Positions 1-13,580 of a DNA stretch of 64,000 nt are shown in pieces (position 1 is the first letter of the stretch; each line of letters opens with the position of its first letter). The position numbers were made by a program, and so were the translations under genes. A model generated the notes under the pieces. The model had not been told where the DNA came from, did no database searches, and was given only the letters and a program-made list of their open reading frames with translations. This DNA is from the human T2T-CHM13v2.0 reference genome, Homo sapiens. The stretch lies in the NCBI RefSeq assembly GCF_009914755.1, contig NC_060935.1. The stretch is one strand, 5' to 3'.

Positions 1-2794
1 CCTTCAGAGTCCACACCCCCTAGTCCCAGCCTGCCTCACCTTAGTCCACCACCATCTTTTCTGGAAGGCAGGGGGAAATTTTCTGGCTTTGCTGAAGAAG
101 TTCTGGTGCCACTGTATCGCCCGAATTGGAATGAACAATATATTTTTTTCTTTCGCAACGCATCATAAATCTCAGTGGAAGACTAAACATACTCTTGATG
201 TGTTTATTCTGGCAGACAAGGCTCAGCGTGGGGGTGGGACTTGTTTGAACCTAAGGAAAAGAAAGGCCTTTTGAAAGGAGATAGGGCTCCCGTGCAGGTG
301 GGTGGGAGTGACCCTGCTGTGGTCTCCAGGGCTGCCCTCTGTCCTTCCTGCCTCTGTCACCCGCAGCCACTCTTCTCAGGGCAGCGATGGGGAGGTTGGG
401 GACCTTGGCATGGCCTGTCACCTCTGGAGCCTTGGGTTCTGCTTCTATAAATTGAGAATAAATCTGCCTCTCCCTGCTCTACCACTCAGGTTGAAGTGAA
501 CACAGACTGTGACACTTCTGTGAAAATGCAGAGTGGTGTCCAAGGGTCTTGACTGTGGAACCACTGCTCTGACATTCTGGGCATGCTACTCAGCCTCCCT
601 GTGCCTCAGTTTCCACATTTGTCAAACTAGTAACAATATAGGCCCACTGTCCCTTCTCTGCAATTCTGAAATCCAAAGAAACACTTTAAAAACCAAAAGT
701 AGCATTTGCAACTAATTTGGTGGCAAAATTGAACCTGAACAGAAGCAAGGCTATGTATGGCCTTTGCCTGCCCCATTCGGGTGTCCCTGGGGAAATAGAA
801 ATGAGACTCACTGCAGGCTGCTGCCCCAGCCCCCACTAGTGGGTGTGATCTGTCCCTCCAGGCCCTTTCTAAAATCTGATCCTGTCTCGAGCCGGAGCCC
901 CCAGGGGCTGCCTTGCAGCACTTCAGAGATGAAGAGCACTAACAAACGGGAAGGGCGTCGTGCGGCACTCAGCCGGAGGCTGATGTTGCTGGCATCATTG
1001 CCAGTGTTTATTATTATTGCCGCCATTATTCACTTCATGAAGGCCTGGTAAGGGCTCAATAGGTGGCAGCTGTTCCTGCTGCCCTCGTTGTCAGCAGAGC
1101 AAGGGCTGCGGGAATGGGGATCTGGGCACGGTGCTAAGATCCTCATCTGCTTGTTTATCCAGCCTCTGGTGAGCAGAGCCCAGCCCTGGGATTCAGGGGC
1201 CCTGTGTTTTAGTGTGGGCTCTGCCGCTGATTGCTGTGTGGCTTCGGATAAGTTACCCAGACTCTCTGATCCACAGGCGAGCTCTTGGGCCATGCCCAGT
1301 GCAGGCAGTCAGGGATTCTGACTTGTTCTCTCTAGAGAGTGGAGGTGGGAGGAGTGAGAAGGAAGTGAATGCAGTTTGCCCTTTCCTGTGGTGTGTGGGT
1401 GCTGAGCTGGGTGCACTTGGCAGGCCATACCTGTGCCAGGGAGGCCCCTGAGGCTCTGAGTGCTGTCACGCTCAAGCAGAAGACATTGGAGGGGAAGGGG
1501 CTCACTTGGCCTGGCTGGGAGCCAGAGGTGGGGGCTGTGACAGTGGCAGTGGCTGGCCAGACAACTCCCCAGAGATGTTGGTCAGGGGAACTGTGACTTC
1601 CTTCTTGTCCTCCTTGCTCTCACCCTGAAAGCCCCAAATTGTTGGTGCGCACATACCCTCATGTGTGAGACACAGGTGGCGAGACGGGTTCCTAGGGGAC
1701 AGTGTGGTTCTCTGTGAACTGTCTGCTTGCTGAATTAGAACTTCCTGATTCTCTGGCTTGGGGTTCTCTTGCGATGGGGCAGAGGGAGGAAGAGCAGCTG
1801 GAGCCTGGGACAGGGAGAGGTGACCTTTCTCTCCCCTGTTGAGAAGGGAATGGAGGAGTCCAGGCTACCCCTCTGGAAAGGGATTATGGAAAGACACTTG
1901 GGCTAGAATCTCTGAAGCACACGCTGGTCACTGGCTCTGCATTCTGGGGTAGCTAATTACGTGGATTGCAGCTGGACTTGCAGAAAAGATGCAGGAAGCG
2001 CCCTCATTTCCTATCAGGGTACTGGGATGCAGCCTCTGAGCTGGTGTATCTGTATTCTAGCAAAGCATTTGCCAACATCTCATGTGGGAAACCTGGAGAG
2101 GACAGGAAGATGTGGGTCCAATTCATGCATTTATACCTTATTATAAGGGGCTATTTCACACCTTAAAGAGCATGGCAAGAGGTCTGCACAGCACCCCAAG
2201 GGGCGGGCACAGGAGCCCGAAAAGTTACCCTGGAGATGTAGTCTAGTCTCAAGTATCTGGATGACATGTGTCCTTCGAGAGAGGGATTTGATTTGTTCCT
2301 GTGGTCCTAGCTGGGACTTGGGTAGCTGGGAGAGGAGGAGGATGTGAACTAATACAAGTGGGTAGAAGTCATTTGAGCAGAACTTAAATTGTATCAGAGC
2401 CTCTCAACTCCGCAACATGCTATTGTGTGAGGTACTGACTTCCCCATCGCAGGGAGCATTTAAGCAGAGCCTAAAAAAGCATGACTCTTACATTTGGATG
2501 ATTTGCTGGACGCAAAGGTCTCTCCTAACTCTGACTCTGTGAAAATTCACACTAAAAGAGAAGTCAAAGCTCAGCATTTGGGTGGGACGTGAGTAGAGCC
2601 ATGCAGAGGACAGCAGGGTCATGGGGAGGCCCTGGGCAGCTTGCCGAGGCTAAGATCCCGGGTCCCTGGAGCTGCACAGATCAAGGTCTGGTCATGTCTC
2701 TGCTGCTTTCTATCTATGTGATCTTGGGAAGTTGCTCCAACTCTGAGCCTCATTTTTCTCTTCTGAGAAATGGGGAGGAGGGAGACAGGGAAGA

Positions 2795-3406
<612 letters not shown>

Positions 3407-4530
3407 TGAGGGTAGCCCAGGTCCTCATCCTACCACACTGATGGAAAGAGGGCCGGGTATGTGAGCATGGGTCTCAAGCCCATCTCTGAACCACTCGCCG
3501 TGCCTGTGATGTGGATGGCACTGAGTGGCAGCCCAGGTCTTTTGCCTGCTTCTGGCATCGAGGGAGTGGGGCCTCCTCAGCTCCATGGAGAAATAGAAGG
3601 GTGGTTACATCCAAGGAGTGGGTTTCTGCAGGGCAGGCAGAAACAATGGAGCGGTCCCTGGGGGGATGGAGGGAGCTCATGAATGTCTTCTCCTGCTACC
3701 TCCCTGTCCTTTTTGTCTCAGTAGCTACCTGGTTGCCAGGGTGACCTCCCTGCACTCCCAGCACAGGCCTCCTGAGCATCAGCTCCAAGCTGAACCAGCC
3801 CCTGTGGCCATGGTCCCCGTGGCCCAGGTGTGTCCCTCAACCACATTCTGGACTGAAAGATGTTGTGGTGTTTCCATGGAAACCACCCATCTAGGTGGAA
3901 ACCACCCAGCTTCCATCACCTTCTCATTTCAGGGAGGCTGGGAGAGAAACAGGGAAGTCCAGGCTGCTGTGACAACCACGCTGGGGTTTAAACAGAGCCT
4001 CAGTGCAACATGTTGTGAGGAAGCTGGGTGGGTGGGGAAGGATGTGGGAGAGGCAGCTTTCCGCACAGATGCTTCTAGAGAGCCCCTCCTTTCCACACCG
4101 TGGGGATCACCCACCCACTGGGGTTGAGAGGTGGACCCGAGATGTCAGATCACCTGGCAGACAGCCCCAGCTATGTGACTCAGGCAAACCACTTAGCTTT
4201 TCTGGGCCCTGGTTAAAACTGGGTATAGCCGTGTGGTTTAAATGCCAATAAAGCTTAATAGGTAAAAACCTGGGTTCTGAAATCAGCCAAGCCTGTGTGC
4301 AAACCTCACTTCTTCCGCATGTTGGCTGTGTGACTTTGGGCAAGTTAATTAACCTCTCTGGGTTTGTTTTCTGCATCTCTATAATGAGGGAATGGGGTGA
4401 ATACCTAGGCCATAGGTCTGCTGTGAAGATTCAGTTGAGATAATACATTTAAAGTGCTTACCACAGCACCAGGTACATAACAAACATTTGATAAAAGTTA
4501 GCCACTATTAGTGTTGGGATTAATTACTGA

Positions 4531-4970
<440 letters not shown>

Positions 4971-5575
4971 CCCAGCATTAATTTAACCAAGGGAGCTGGG
5001 TGAGGAGCCAGGGCTGCAGGTCCATCTGCAGGATATGGGTTCTCTGAGCACAGCGTTCATTCAAGGACTGCCCATGGGGAGCTGCTGGAAGCTCCACCAA
5101 CAGGGTTCCCTGGGAGTCAGGCTCTGAAACCCCACCTGGAAGTACCTGTCTCATTTCTCCCAATTCTTCCTTCTCAGGAACCGAGGTGGGAAGGTGTGTG
5201 GCCTTCTCCTTGGCATCCCTGCCTTCTAGGGTCCCTCGCCCCCACTGCCATGACCAGTCCAACCATGCATTTGCCCTGAAAGGTCTCTGGGCAAGGTCCA
5301 TGTGAGAGGCTAGGTGGAGCCAGGCAGGGGCTGGCTCTCGGAGGCTCCCCTCCCACCCAGGCCTGCTTATCGCCGAGGGAGGCCCTGCCCTCAGCGGGCT
5401 CTGGGTTTGCCTCCTTTTGCACAACTGACTTATTTAGAAACCCCTTCTCTGCCTGCTTTGTAAATCAGTGTTTTCTCTGTGGGGTTAGCTGAGAGCAGGT
5501 GCTGCTCTCCACCACAAGAAGGAACCCTTAATTCCTGAGCAGGGTGAGGACCAGCATAGGCAAGATGTAGATTTG

Positions 5576-5889
5576 GGCCAGGCGAGGTGTCTCAGGCCTG
5601 TAATCCCAGCACATTGGGAGGCTGGGCTGGGTGGATCACTTGAGGTCAGGAGTTCGAGACCAGCCCGGGCAACATGGCGAGACCCTGTCCCTACTAAAAA
5701 TACAAAAATTAGCCGGGCATGGTGACTCATGCCTGTAGCCCCAGCTACCTGGGAGGCTGAAGTGAGAGGATTGCTTAACCCCAGGAGGCAGAAGTTGCAG
5801 TGAACTGAGATCCTGCCACTGCCCTCTAGCCTGGGTGACAGGGAGACCCTGTCTCAAAAAAACAAAACAAAGCAAAACAAAAAAAAAAA
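5576..5889 (+). mobile_element. Alu (older J/S-type)
   Basis: GGCCAGGCG start, central TACTAAAAATACAAAAA linker, A-rich tail. Confidence 0.93.
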
Positions 5890-5996
5890 GTGAGATGTTT
5901 TTGGAGCTCTGGGGCAAGTAGCCAGGTCCCAGAAAGGCAACTGACCTCACACTCCGGCTGGCTGGCACTGCTGGCTTGGGGCTTGGGAAGGGGTGA

Positions 5997-6200
<204 letters not shown>

Positions 6201-6519
6201 GAGGGAGGATCTTTTGACCATATAGTTGATACCGAAGTTCCAGGTCCCTCAGTCTTGGGGCCCCCTCCAGGCATCTACCCTGCTGTCTTGGGGGCCCTGT
6301 TTGGAGAGGCTGCACTCTGGTCCTTGGAAGAAGGAAACTGAGCTGGGCTTTCCTCCCTGTCCCTCCTTCTCCCTGAAGCTGCCCTGTGGGAGGTGTAAGG
6401 ATTCACCAAGAAGTTGCATGGGTCTGGCTCTGGTGCCTGGCAGACCATGGTGGTTAGGTGTGCATTCAGCATTCACGTACCCCACACAACTATTCTGTGC
6501 CAGGCTTGGCGCTAGCCAC

Positions 6520-7070
6520 GGGGGACCCTGTAGTGAGCGTGCCAGATGTGGTCCCTGCCCCCACGGAGCTGATGTGCTAGTGGAGAGAGATGATAAGCCC
6601 TGAAAACCAACAAGCATGTAACGTCAGTGCTCTAAAGAGAAATACAGCATGCTTTCCCTTGTGGGATAAGGGAGGCCGGGGAGGGGTGGTTGATTGGTTG
6701 GGGGAGAGGGGATGGGGAAGGGCTGATATTTTGTAGAGTGGTCTGGTAAGGCCTTTCTGAGGAGGTGACATTGGAGCAGAGCCCTGAAGGAAGCAGAGGG
6801 TGAGCCATGTTAATGTCTAGGGGAAGAGCATTCCAGGCGGTGGGAACAGCAGGTGCAAAGGCCCCAAGGCAGGAGTGTGCCTGGCACAAAGACAGCACAG
6901 AAATCTAGTCAGTTGAAGCAGAGGGAGGAAGAACAGAGGACAGAAGGCCTGGGGAGGCAGACAAGTGGTGTAGGACCTCCTAGGCTGTTATGGGGACAAT
7001 GACGGTGGGAACTGCCCTAGAGGTGGGAGGCCCCTACGGGGTTTTCAGCAGTGACATGAGAATATTGATG
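6520..7070 (-). mobile_element. Degenerate L2 fragment
   Basis: Typical antisense L2 motifs (GAGGAGGTGACATT.GAGCAGAG.CCTGAAGGA; AGCATTCCAGGC.GTGGGAACAGCAGGTGCAAAGGCCC). Boundaries approximate. Confidence 0.65.
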
Positions 7071-7293
7071 TTTACAGGGCCAGGCTGCTGCCAAGCGCAG
7101 AAGAGATAGTGGGGCAGGAGTGGTTGGCACTGCCTGCATCGGGCACCCTGGGAGCGCCAGGAAAGTGGCTGGAGCCATGAGCGTGTCCCAGGGTTGCTGA
7201 GGGGAACGGGGGGAGGCAGTTTAAGTAGGGGTGACCACAGGTGGGCACGGGTTTCAGGAAATCTGACCCTGACCTTTGTCCTCCCCCCTGCAG

Positions 7294-7395
7294 CTGAAGC
7301 AGGAAATGGGCGGCATCGTGACTGAGCTCATTCGAGACTACAACAGCAGTCGCGAGGACAGCCTGCAGGATGCCTGGGACTACGTGCAGGCTCAG
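7294..7395 (+). CDS. CD82: CD82 (KAI1) coding exon (exon 7 in 10-exon numbering), start of large extracellular loop: LKQEMGGIVTELIRDYNSSREDSLQDAWDYVQAQ
   Basis: Polypyrimidine tract and CAG acceptor (7291-7293), 102 nt = 34 codons, donor CAG|GTGAGG. Translation matches human CD82 and includes the NSS sequon. Confidence 0.98.
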
Positions 7396-7928
7396 GTGAG
7401 GTGGGGCGGGGCTGCAGGAGGCTCTCTGGCCTGGGTGTCCCTGCATTTGGGGCTCTGTGCACCCACATGTCTGGGACTGGCATCTGCAGTGCTCGTGTGT
7501 GCCTGACAGTTTGTAGGAGAGTGTGCTTCTATGGGGGCAGGGCACCCCAGTTAGCACCACAACTCCCTGCTCAGGGGGCCCAGAGACTCAGAGGCAGCTT
7601 CACAGCTCTGTGCTCCCATTTGTGGCCAGAGAGCATGGGGGCAGTTGTCAGCCCTCTTATCTCAAGCTACACTGGGGAGCGTTGGGAGCTCCACTCTGGG
7701 TTTTAGGAAACTGGGAGCCAAGGCTGATATGCTGAGAAGTCCCAGTGAAGGCTGCCTCTGGGGAAGGGCACTAGCTGGGGAGGTGTTGGGGAGCCTTCTA
7801 GGGCAAAAGGAGTATTTTAGCCAAATCTTGATACTGGTTTCGCCAGTATGTGCACATACGTAAAAATGCACCAAGCTGAATGTGTGCCCATTAGTTCATG
7901 TGTATTATACCTCCATTAAAGTGAGAGA

Positions 7929-7996
7929 GATGGATGGATGGATGGGTGGACGGATGGACGGACGGACTGACCGACTGACCAACAGATAGACTGACC
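7929..7996. repeat. Compound tetranucleotide microsatellite (GGAT)n-(GGAC)n-(GACT)n
   Basis: Directly visible tandem units. Confidence 0.85.
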
Positions 7997-9302
7997 AGGT
8001 TCCCAGCCTGTCTCAATAGTGATCCAATGACCACCTGGCTCTCCTTTCTTGTGGTCCCGGATGCTGCATGTGCCCTTGGCTGGGACCTGACATCTCTGAT
8101 CTGCAATCCTGTGAGGGCGCAGGACACAGTGGTCACTTAGGGCCTGTTGACACCTCAGGGGAGGGATGTGGAGTACAAAGGGCATGGGCAGCAGGAGAAA
8201 GCCTGACTCAGCGGCACCAGGAGAGTTTGCAGAGAGGACACTCCATCTAGGTGACATGGACATGGCCATTTTCTCAGTGGAGGAAGGGGAGAGCGATGTT
8301 TTCTGGCCCTGACCGAGGAGATCAGGTGTGGGGGTTGTGGCAGCTGGAAGGCTTGGTGCACACAAGGAAATGTTTTGGTCGCATATGTAGTTTGACCCAC
8401 AATTGCTGAGACTTTGCTAATTTTAGCAAAGTCTGGATGTCACCAGTGACATAAACCAGTGCCACCTGACAAGGGACCTGGGAGGAGAAGTGGGTCCCTT
8501 GGGAGGTGGTAAGCATCCTACCCTGGAAAGTCATTGGCTGGTTCTAGATGATTCTGATGCTGTCAGATGCTGCTTAGGCCGGTGGTAAGTCAGACTCCCA
8601 AGGCCTGGAGTGCTAACACTGCCACAGCCGCTAGACCTTTGCTGAGCCTGCTTCCTCATCTATACAATGGGGCTACTGACCCATGCCGTGTGAGATACAT
8701 TGTTAAAGCCTGAAGCACTTAGGCAGCATTTATTATGTGGTATGTTGGTGGTGATGTTTTAGTCACCATGCACATCCATGGAGACACAGGCGGAGGTGGC
8801 GTGTGCTGCTGGGGACCAGGTACAGCCGGAGTCAGGCCAAGGGGTTGCTTGGAAGGAGGCTCTGTCGTAGACGGGCCAAGGAGACCTGCCTCATTTTGCT
8901 CTGGTGTAGGATGGCCTGTGGGTGCCCCCAGCCTTGCAGACCTGTGCACCCCTCAGAGGTGCCAGCCTTTTCTTGGAGAGAGGAGGCAGCCCGGCTGCTG
9001 GAACAAGCACCTGTAAACCTGGATTAGAAACTGCCTGGAGCTGAGCATTTCTGAGTGTGCCTGGCACGCCCCCTGCTGGCCACTGGCTACTGGTCAGGCG
9101 ACACCCCTCGGAGCTAGGAAGGAAGCGGTCCAGGAACTGACCCCTGCTGTGACCGTGGCTATCCCATTGAATCCTCCCAGGAACCCCCAGCATTGCGGGG
9201 ATTCACACACAGAGACCTCCTTTAGCACACAGAGCCCGGAAAGGCTTTCTTCTCTCTAGAACTAGAGCATTTTCTCCTTTAAAATGGCAGAATTGACCAG
9301 CT

Positions 9303-9652
<350 letters not shown>

Positions 9653-10183
9653 TCACCAGGAAGCTCAGAGGCAAATCTCAACTCCTGCACTAAAGTTGAA
9701 CGGCCTTTCCTAAGCTTATTGTGCTCCCCACACCTATGCTTGGTACTTTGCCTGCCTCATCCCATTTAGTCCTTGTGATAGCCCTGTGAGTTGGGGATTT
9801 TAATTATCCCCATTTACAGATGAGGAAACTGAGGCTAGTTCCTTGATGGAGGTTGCTCAGCTGGTAGGCGGCAGGGCTGGGATTGTAACCCAGTAGCCTG
9901 ACTTTAAACCCTGCACTGTGAACTGTCTGCCGTCCATTCTCCTTGTGCCCTGCACACCTGCGCTCCTTCAACTTGAACTTCCTTCCTACTCTGCTTTGTA
10001 TTTTTGCTGGTCCTGGTTTTGATTTTTCTGCTGTACTTGTAGTTTATGATGGTTCGGCTGGGACCAGGGGCCTGGAAGTGGCATATCTCAGTCTCTGTCC
10101 TGGGGAGGTCCTCCCTCTGCCAGGAGGGCAGCCTGCCTAGGGTGAGCCGTGAGCACAAGCAGTCTGTCCCCTGCCTTGCCCAG

Positions 10184-10387
10184 GTGAAGTGCTGCGGCTG
10201 GGTCAGCTTCTACAACTGGACAGACAACGCTGAGCTCATGAATCGCCCTGAGGTCACCTACCCCTGTTCCTGCGAAGTCAAGGGGGAAGAGGACAACAGC
10301 CTTTCTGTGAGGAAGGGCTTCTGCGAGGCCCCCGGCAACAGGACCCAGAGTGGCAACCACCCTGAGGACTGGCCTGTGTACCAGGAG
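10184..10387 (+). CDS. CD82: CD82 coding exon 8: VKCCGWVSFYNWTD...YPCSC...GFCEAPGNRTQSGNHPEDWPVYQE
   Basis: CAG acceptor at 10181-10183, 204 nt = 68 codons, donor GAG|GTGTGC. Tetraspanin CCG and PxSC motifs; NWT and NRT sequons. Confidence 0.98.
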
Positions 10388-10661
10388 GTGTGCGGGGGGC
10401 TGCGGATCGGGGGCGGGGCTCCGAGGGCGTTGGGGGCCATCTGGGCTACTGCTCAGCAATTCCTTCCTGCATTTAGTTCCTTCCCTTGATTCATCTGTCA
10501 TTTGTACCTTCATCTACTTCTTTGTTAATGTATTTATTCAAGGAACAGGCAGAGCCCTCTGTAGGGGCTTCCGGGCTGGGACTGGGGGGCTCTCGGTGGT
10601 TCTGCATGGCGGGGTGGGATGGTGCAGAGCGGGGTGATGTGACCGCATTCTGCCCTTGCAG

Positions 10662-10745
10662 GGCTGCATGGAGAAGGTGCAGGCGTGGCTGCAGGAGAAC
10701 CTGGGCATCATCCTCGGCGTGGGCGTGGGTGTGGCCATCATCGAG
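10662..10745 (+). CDS. CD82: CD82 coding exon 9: GCMEKVQAWLQENLGIILGVGVGVAIIE (end of EC2, start of TM4)
   Basis: TTGCAG acceptor, 84 nt = 28 codons, donor GAG|GTCTGA. Conserved GC motif followed by hydrophobic TM4. Confidence 0.97.
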
Positions 10746-11070
10746 GTCTGAGCCCCCTCCCCCATCCCTTCTCCATCCCAGGTCCTCCTGGGTTGTCTCT
10801 GTTCTGCTGATCTCCTTGGGGAGGTGGTGGCCAAGGGGGCCAGCACCCCATCAGCTTCCAGAGGCCCTCTGGTCTGAGCACTGTCTGGCTGTGTGACCTC
10901 AGACAAGGCACTGCCCCGCTCTGGGCCTCCCTCTGCTGCCTGCATCACAGGGTGGTTGTGAGGCTCAAGTTGAGGATCCACTTAATCCCCATGTAAACCT
11001 GGATGGTGAGGCTGGGGCGTCTGAGGCCGGGACACCCAGCCTCCCTCTGACTCTCCGCCTCTCCCCACAG

Positions 11071-11148
11071 CTCCTGGGGATGGTCCTGTCCATCTGCTTG
11101 TGCCGGCACGTCCATTCCGAAGACTACAGCAAGGTCCCCAAGTACTGA
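11071..11148 (+). CDS. CD82: CD82 terminal coding exon: LLGMVLSICLCRHVHSEDYSKVPKY*
   Basis: Strong pyrimidine tract and CAG (11068-11070), TGA stop at 11146-11148. Juxtamembrane cysteines and YSKV (YxxPhi) motif match the CD82 C-terminus. Confidence 0.98.
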   Translation, partial: LLGMVLSICLCRHVHSEDYSKVPKY

Positions 11149-11502
11149 GGCAGCTGCTATCCCCATCTCCCTGCCTGGCCCCCAACCTCAGGGCTCCCAG
11201 GGGTCTCCCTGGCTCCCTCCTCCAGGCCTGCCTCCCACTTCACTGCGAAGACCCTCTTGCCCACCCTGACTGAAAGTAGGGGGCTTTCTGGGGCCTAGCG
11301 ATCTCTCCTGGCCTATCCGCTGCCAGCCTTGAGCCCTGGCTGTTCTGTGGTTCCTCTGCTCACCGCCCATCAGGGTTCTCTTAGCAACTCAGAGAAAAAT
11401 GCTCCCCACAGCGTCCCTGGCGCAGGTGGGCTGGACTTCTACCTGCCCTCAAGGGTGTGTATATTGTATAGGGGCAACTGTATGAAAAATTGGGGAGGAG
11501 GG

Positions 11503-11810
11503 GGCCGGGCGCGGTGGCTCACGCCTGTAATCCCAGCACTTTGGGAGGCCGAGGCGGGTGGATCACGAGGTCAGGAGATCGAGACCATCCTGGCTAACAT
11601 GGTGAAACCCCGTCTCTACTAAAAATACAAAAAAAATTTAGCCGGGCGCGGTGGCGGGCACCTGTAGTCCCAGCTACTTGGGAGGCTGAGGCAGGAGAAT
11701 GGTGTGAACCCGGGAGCGGAGGTTGCAGTGAGCTGAGATCGTGCTACTGCACTCCAGCCTGGGGGACAGAAAGAGACTCCGTCTCAAAAAAAAAAAAAAA
11801 AAAAAAAAAA
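11503..11810 (+). mobile_element. CpG-rich Alu (AluY/Sc-like) in CD82 3' UTR
   Basis: GGCCGGGCGCGGTGGCTCACGCC start, A25 tail (11786-11810), TSD AAAAATTGGGGAGG. Confidence 0.96.
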
Positions 11811-12359
11811 TTGGGGAGGGAAGGGCGTTAGATAAGGCACTCTGGGCTGTCAGGAGACTGCCTACTGGGTGGGTCAACTTATTTCCCACTATGACATTTA
11901 TATCTTTATTTTTCACAATTATATTGAAGGCAGTGGGAGAGGGGAGAGGGTGGGTTTTACCTGATATTAAGGGGTGGCACCCCTTCCCCAGGCCTGATGC
12001 AGGTCCATCTAGACAGCTCAGATTAGCCTAGGCCATGCCCTAGGGACACGGCCTAGGGGAGCTGGGCTGGAGGGGGTCTGCCTGGGTAAGGGGATCTGGC
12101 TTGGCCCTGAGCTGCTTAGGGACAGGTGAGTCCTTGGGGGCATGGCACAGAGCTGGTCCTGTATTCTCCAGGGTCCGGAGCTGGCCAGGGGCGGGGAGGA
12201 GGAGGATGGCTTCTCCTGGGAGAAGGTGGGCTGGCCTTTCTTGGCAAGCGGTCCTCTGGCCCCTGGGGAGTGGGGTGGGTGAGGCTGTGCCTTGTAGGGG
12301 GAGAGGGGAGGGGGCTTTGTGTGCACCATTCTGTAAAACACACTCAAGATTCTAAGACT

Positions 12360-12365
12360 ATTAAA
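12360..12365 (+). terminator. Polyadenylation signal ATTAAA of CD82
   Basis: ATTAAA with an upstream TGTA (12332-12335, CFIm-type motif) and a CA about 13 nt downstream. Confidence 0.7.
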
Positions 12366-12842
12366 GAGGATTTATAACAGTCTAGTCTGGAATGGTAGGG
12401 ATGCTGCTTCCTGGGGCAGGGGAGGACCCAGGGCAGAGGGTGTGAGCAGAGTGGCTGGGTCTGCTGGAGACTGCTGGACCCCTCACTGCTCTGCCCTCCC
12501 CGCAGGCATCTGCTTCTGCAGCCTGAACCTTAGGACCGTGATGGGCCAGGCTCTGATGGGCCTGCCTGCATGCCGGGGTGCCTGGAGTTTGATTTGGTGC
12601 TAAGAGAGGTATAGATTGTACCTCTCAATTCCTGCTTCTGAAACTAGGGTATGGGTGCCCCCAGAAGCTGCACAAAAGTGGGCTGGTGATGGGGGACAGG
12701 GAAGCCACAGGATAAACTTGGCATCCCTTTCTAGAGCATCCGTTTCTGCAAAGATTTGTGGAAGGAAACATTTTCATACTAAAGAAATGTGATGGAGTAA
12801 GATGTGCAGAATTCAGGGGACTTTTTAAGATGAAATGTGAGA

Positions 12843-13154
<312 letters not shown>

Positions 13155-13327
13155 TTACTTGTGCACGGCTCTGACGACTGAGCCCCAGCATGCCCCTTGC
13201 CCGGCGTCATGAAGTCCAGAGGGCACTTGCCCCACCTTCTCTCATTTCTGGAGCCAGTGGGGAGGGGAACTCTTGCCTCCCTGCAGTGGGGCCAGGCGGG
13301 GCGGCGGCTAGAGTGGTGTTTCAGCAG

Positions 13328-13347
13328 GGACCACCAGGCGGCGCTGC
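13328..13347 (+). promoter_or_regulatory. Candidate CTCF site
   Basis: GGACCACCAGGCGGCGCTGC closely matches the CTCF core CCACCAGGGGGCGC, in a locally CpG-retaining patch. Motif only. Confidence 0.5.
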
Positions 13348-13399
13348 AGCCTCAGCCTAGGAGCCCGGCAGAGCCCAAAGGTTCCGTGGTTACTCCCAG

Positions 13400-13580
13400 T
13401 TTCGCCAACGCGGGGCCTGCCAGCGTCCCACTCCAGTGGAAGCACTTGTGAAAATGCAGATTCCAAGGCTCAAGGATTCTGGCGCTGCAGATCTAGGGTG
13501 GGGACAAGGAATCTGCCTATTTGCACCCCTTTGCGTTGATTCCGGAAGATTTTCAGACCTGGAGTAATGTCTGTCCCAAG
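13400..13580. mobile_element. MER5-like hAT-Charlie remnant
   Basis: CTTGTGAAAATGCAGATTCC...GGGTGGGG.CAAGGAATCTGC resembles MER5A. Boundaries approximate. Confidence 0.5.

Larger units (their letters stand above)
11149..12380 (+). other. CD82: CD82 3' UTR (end approximate)
   Basis: Follows the stop codon. I saw no AATAAA in this stretch; the first recognisable signal is ATTAAA at 12360-12365. Confidence 0.75.

Noticed and set aside
7303-7305. Glu codon GAA where I recall GAG in the common CD82 cDNA
   Set aside because: Synonymous and based on unverified memory; at most an ordinary SNP.
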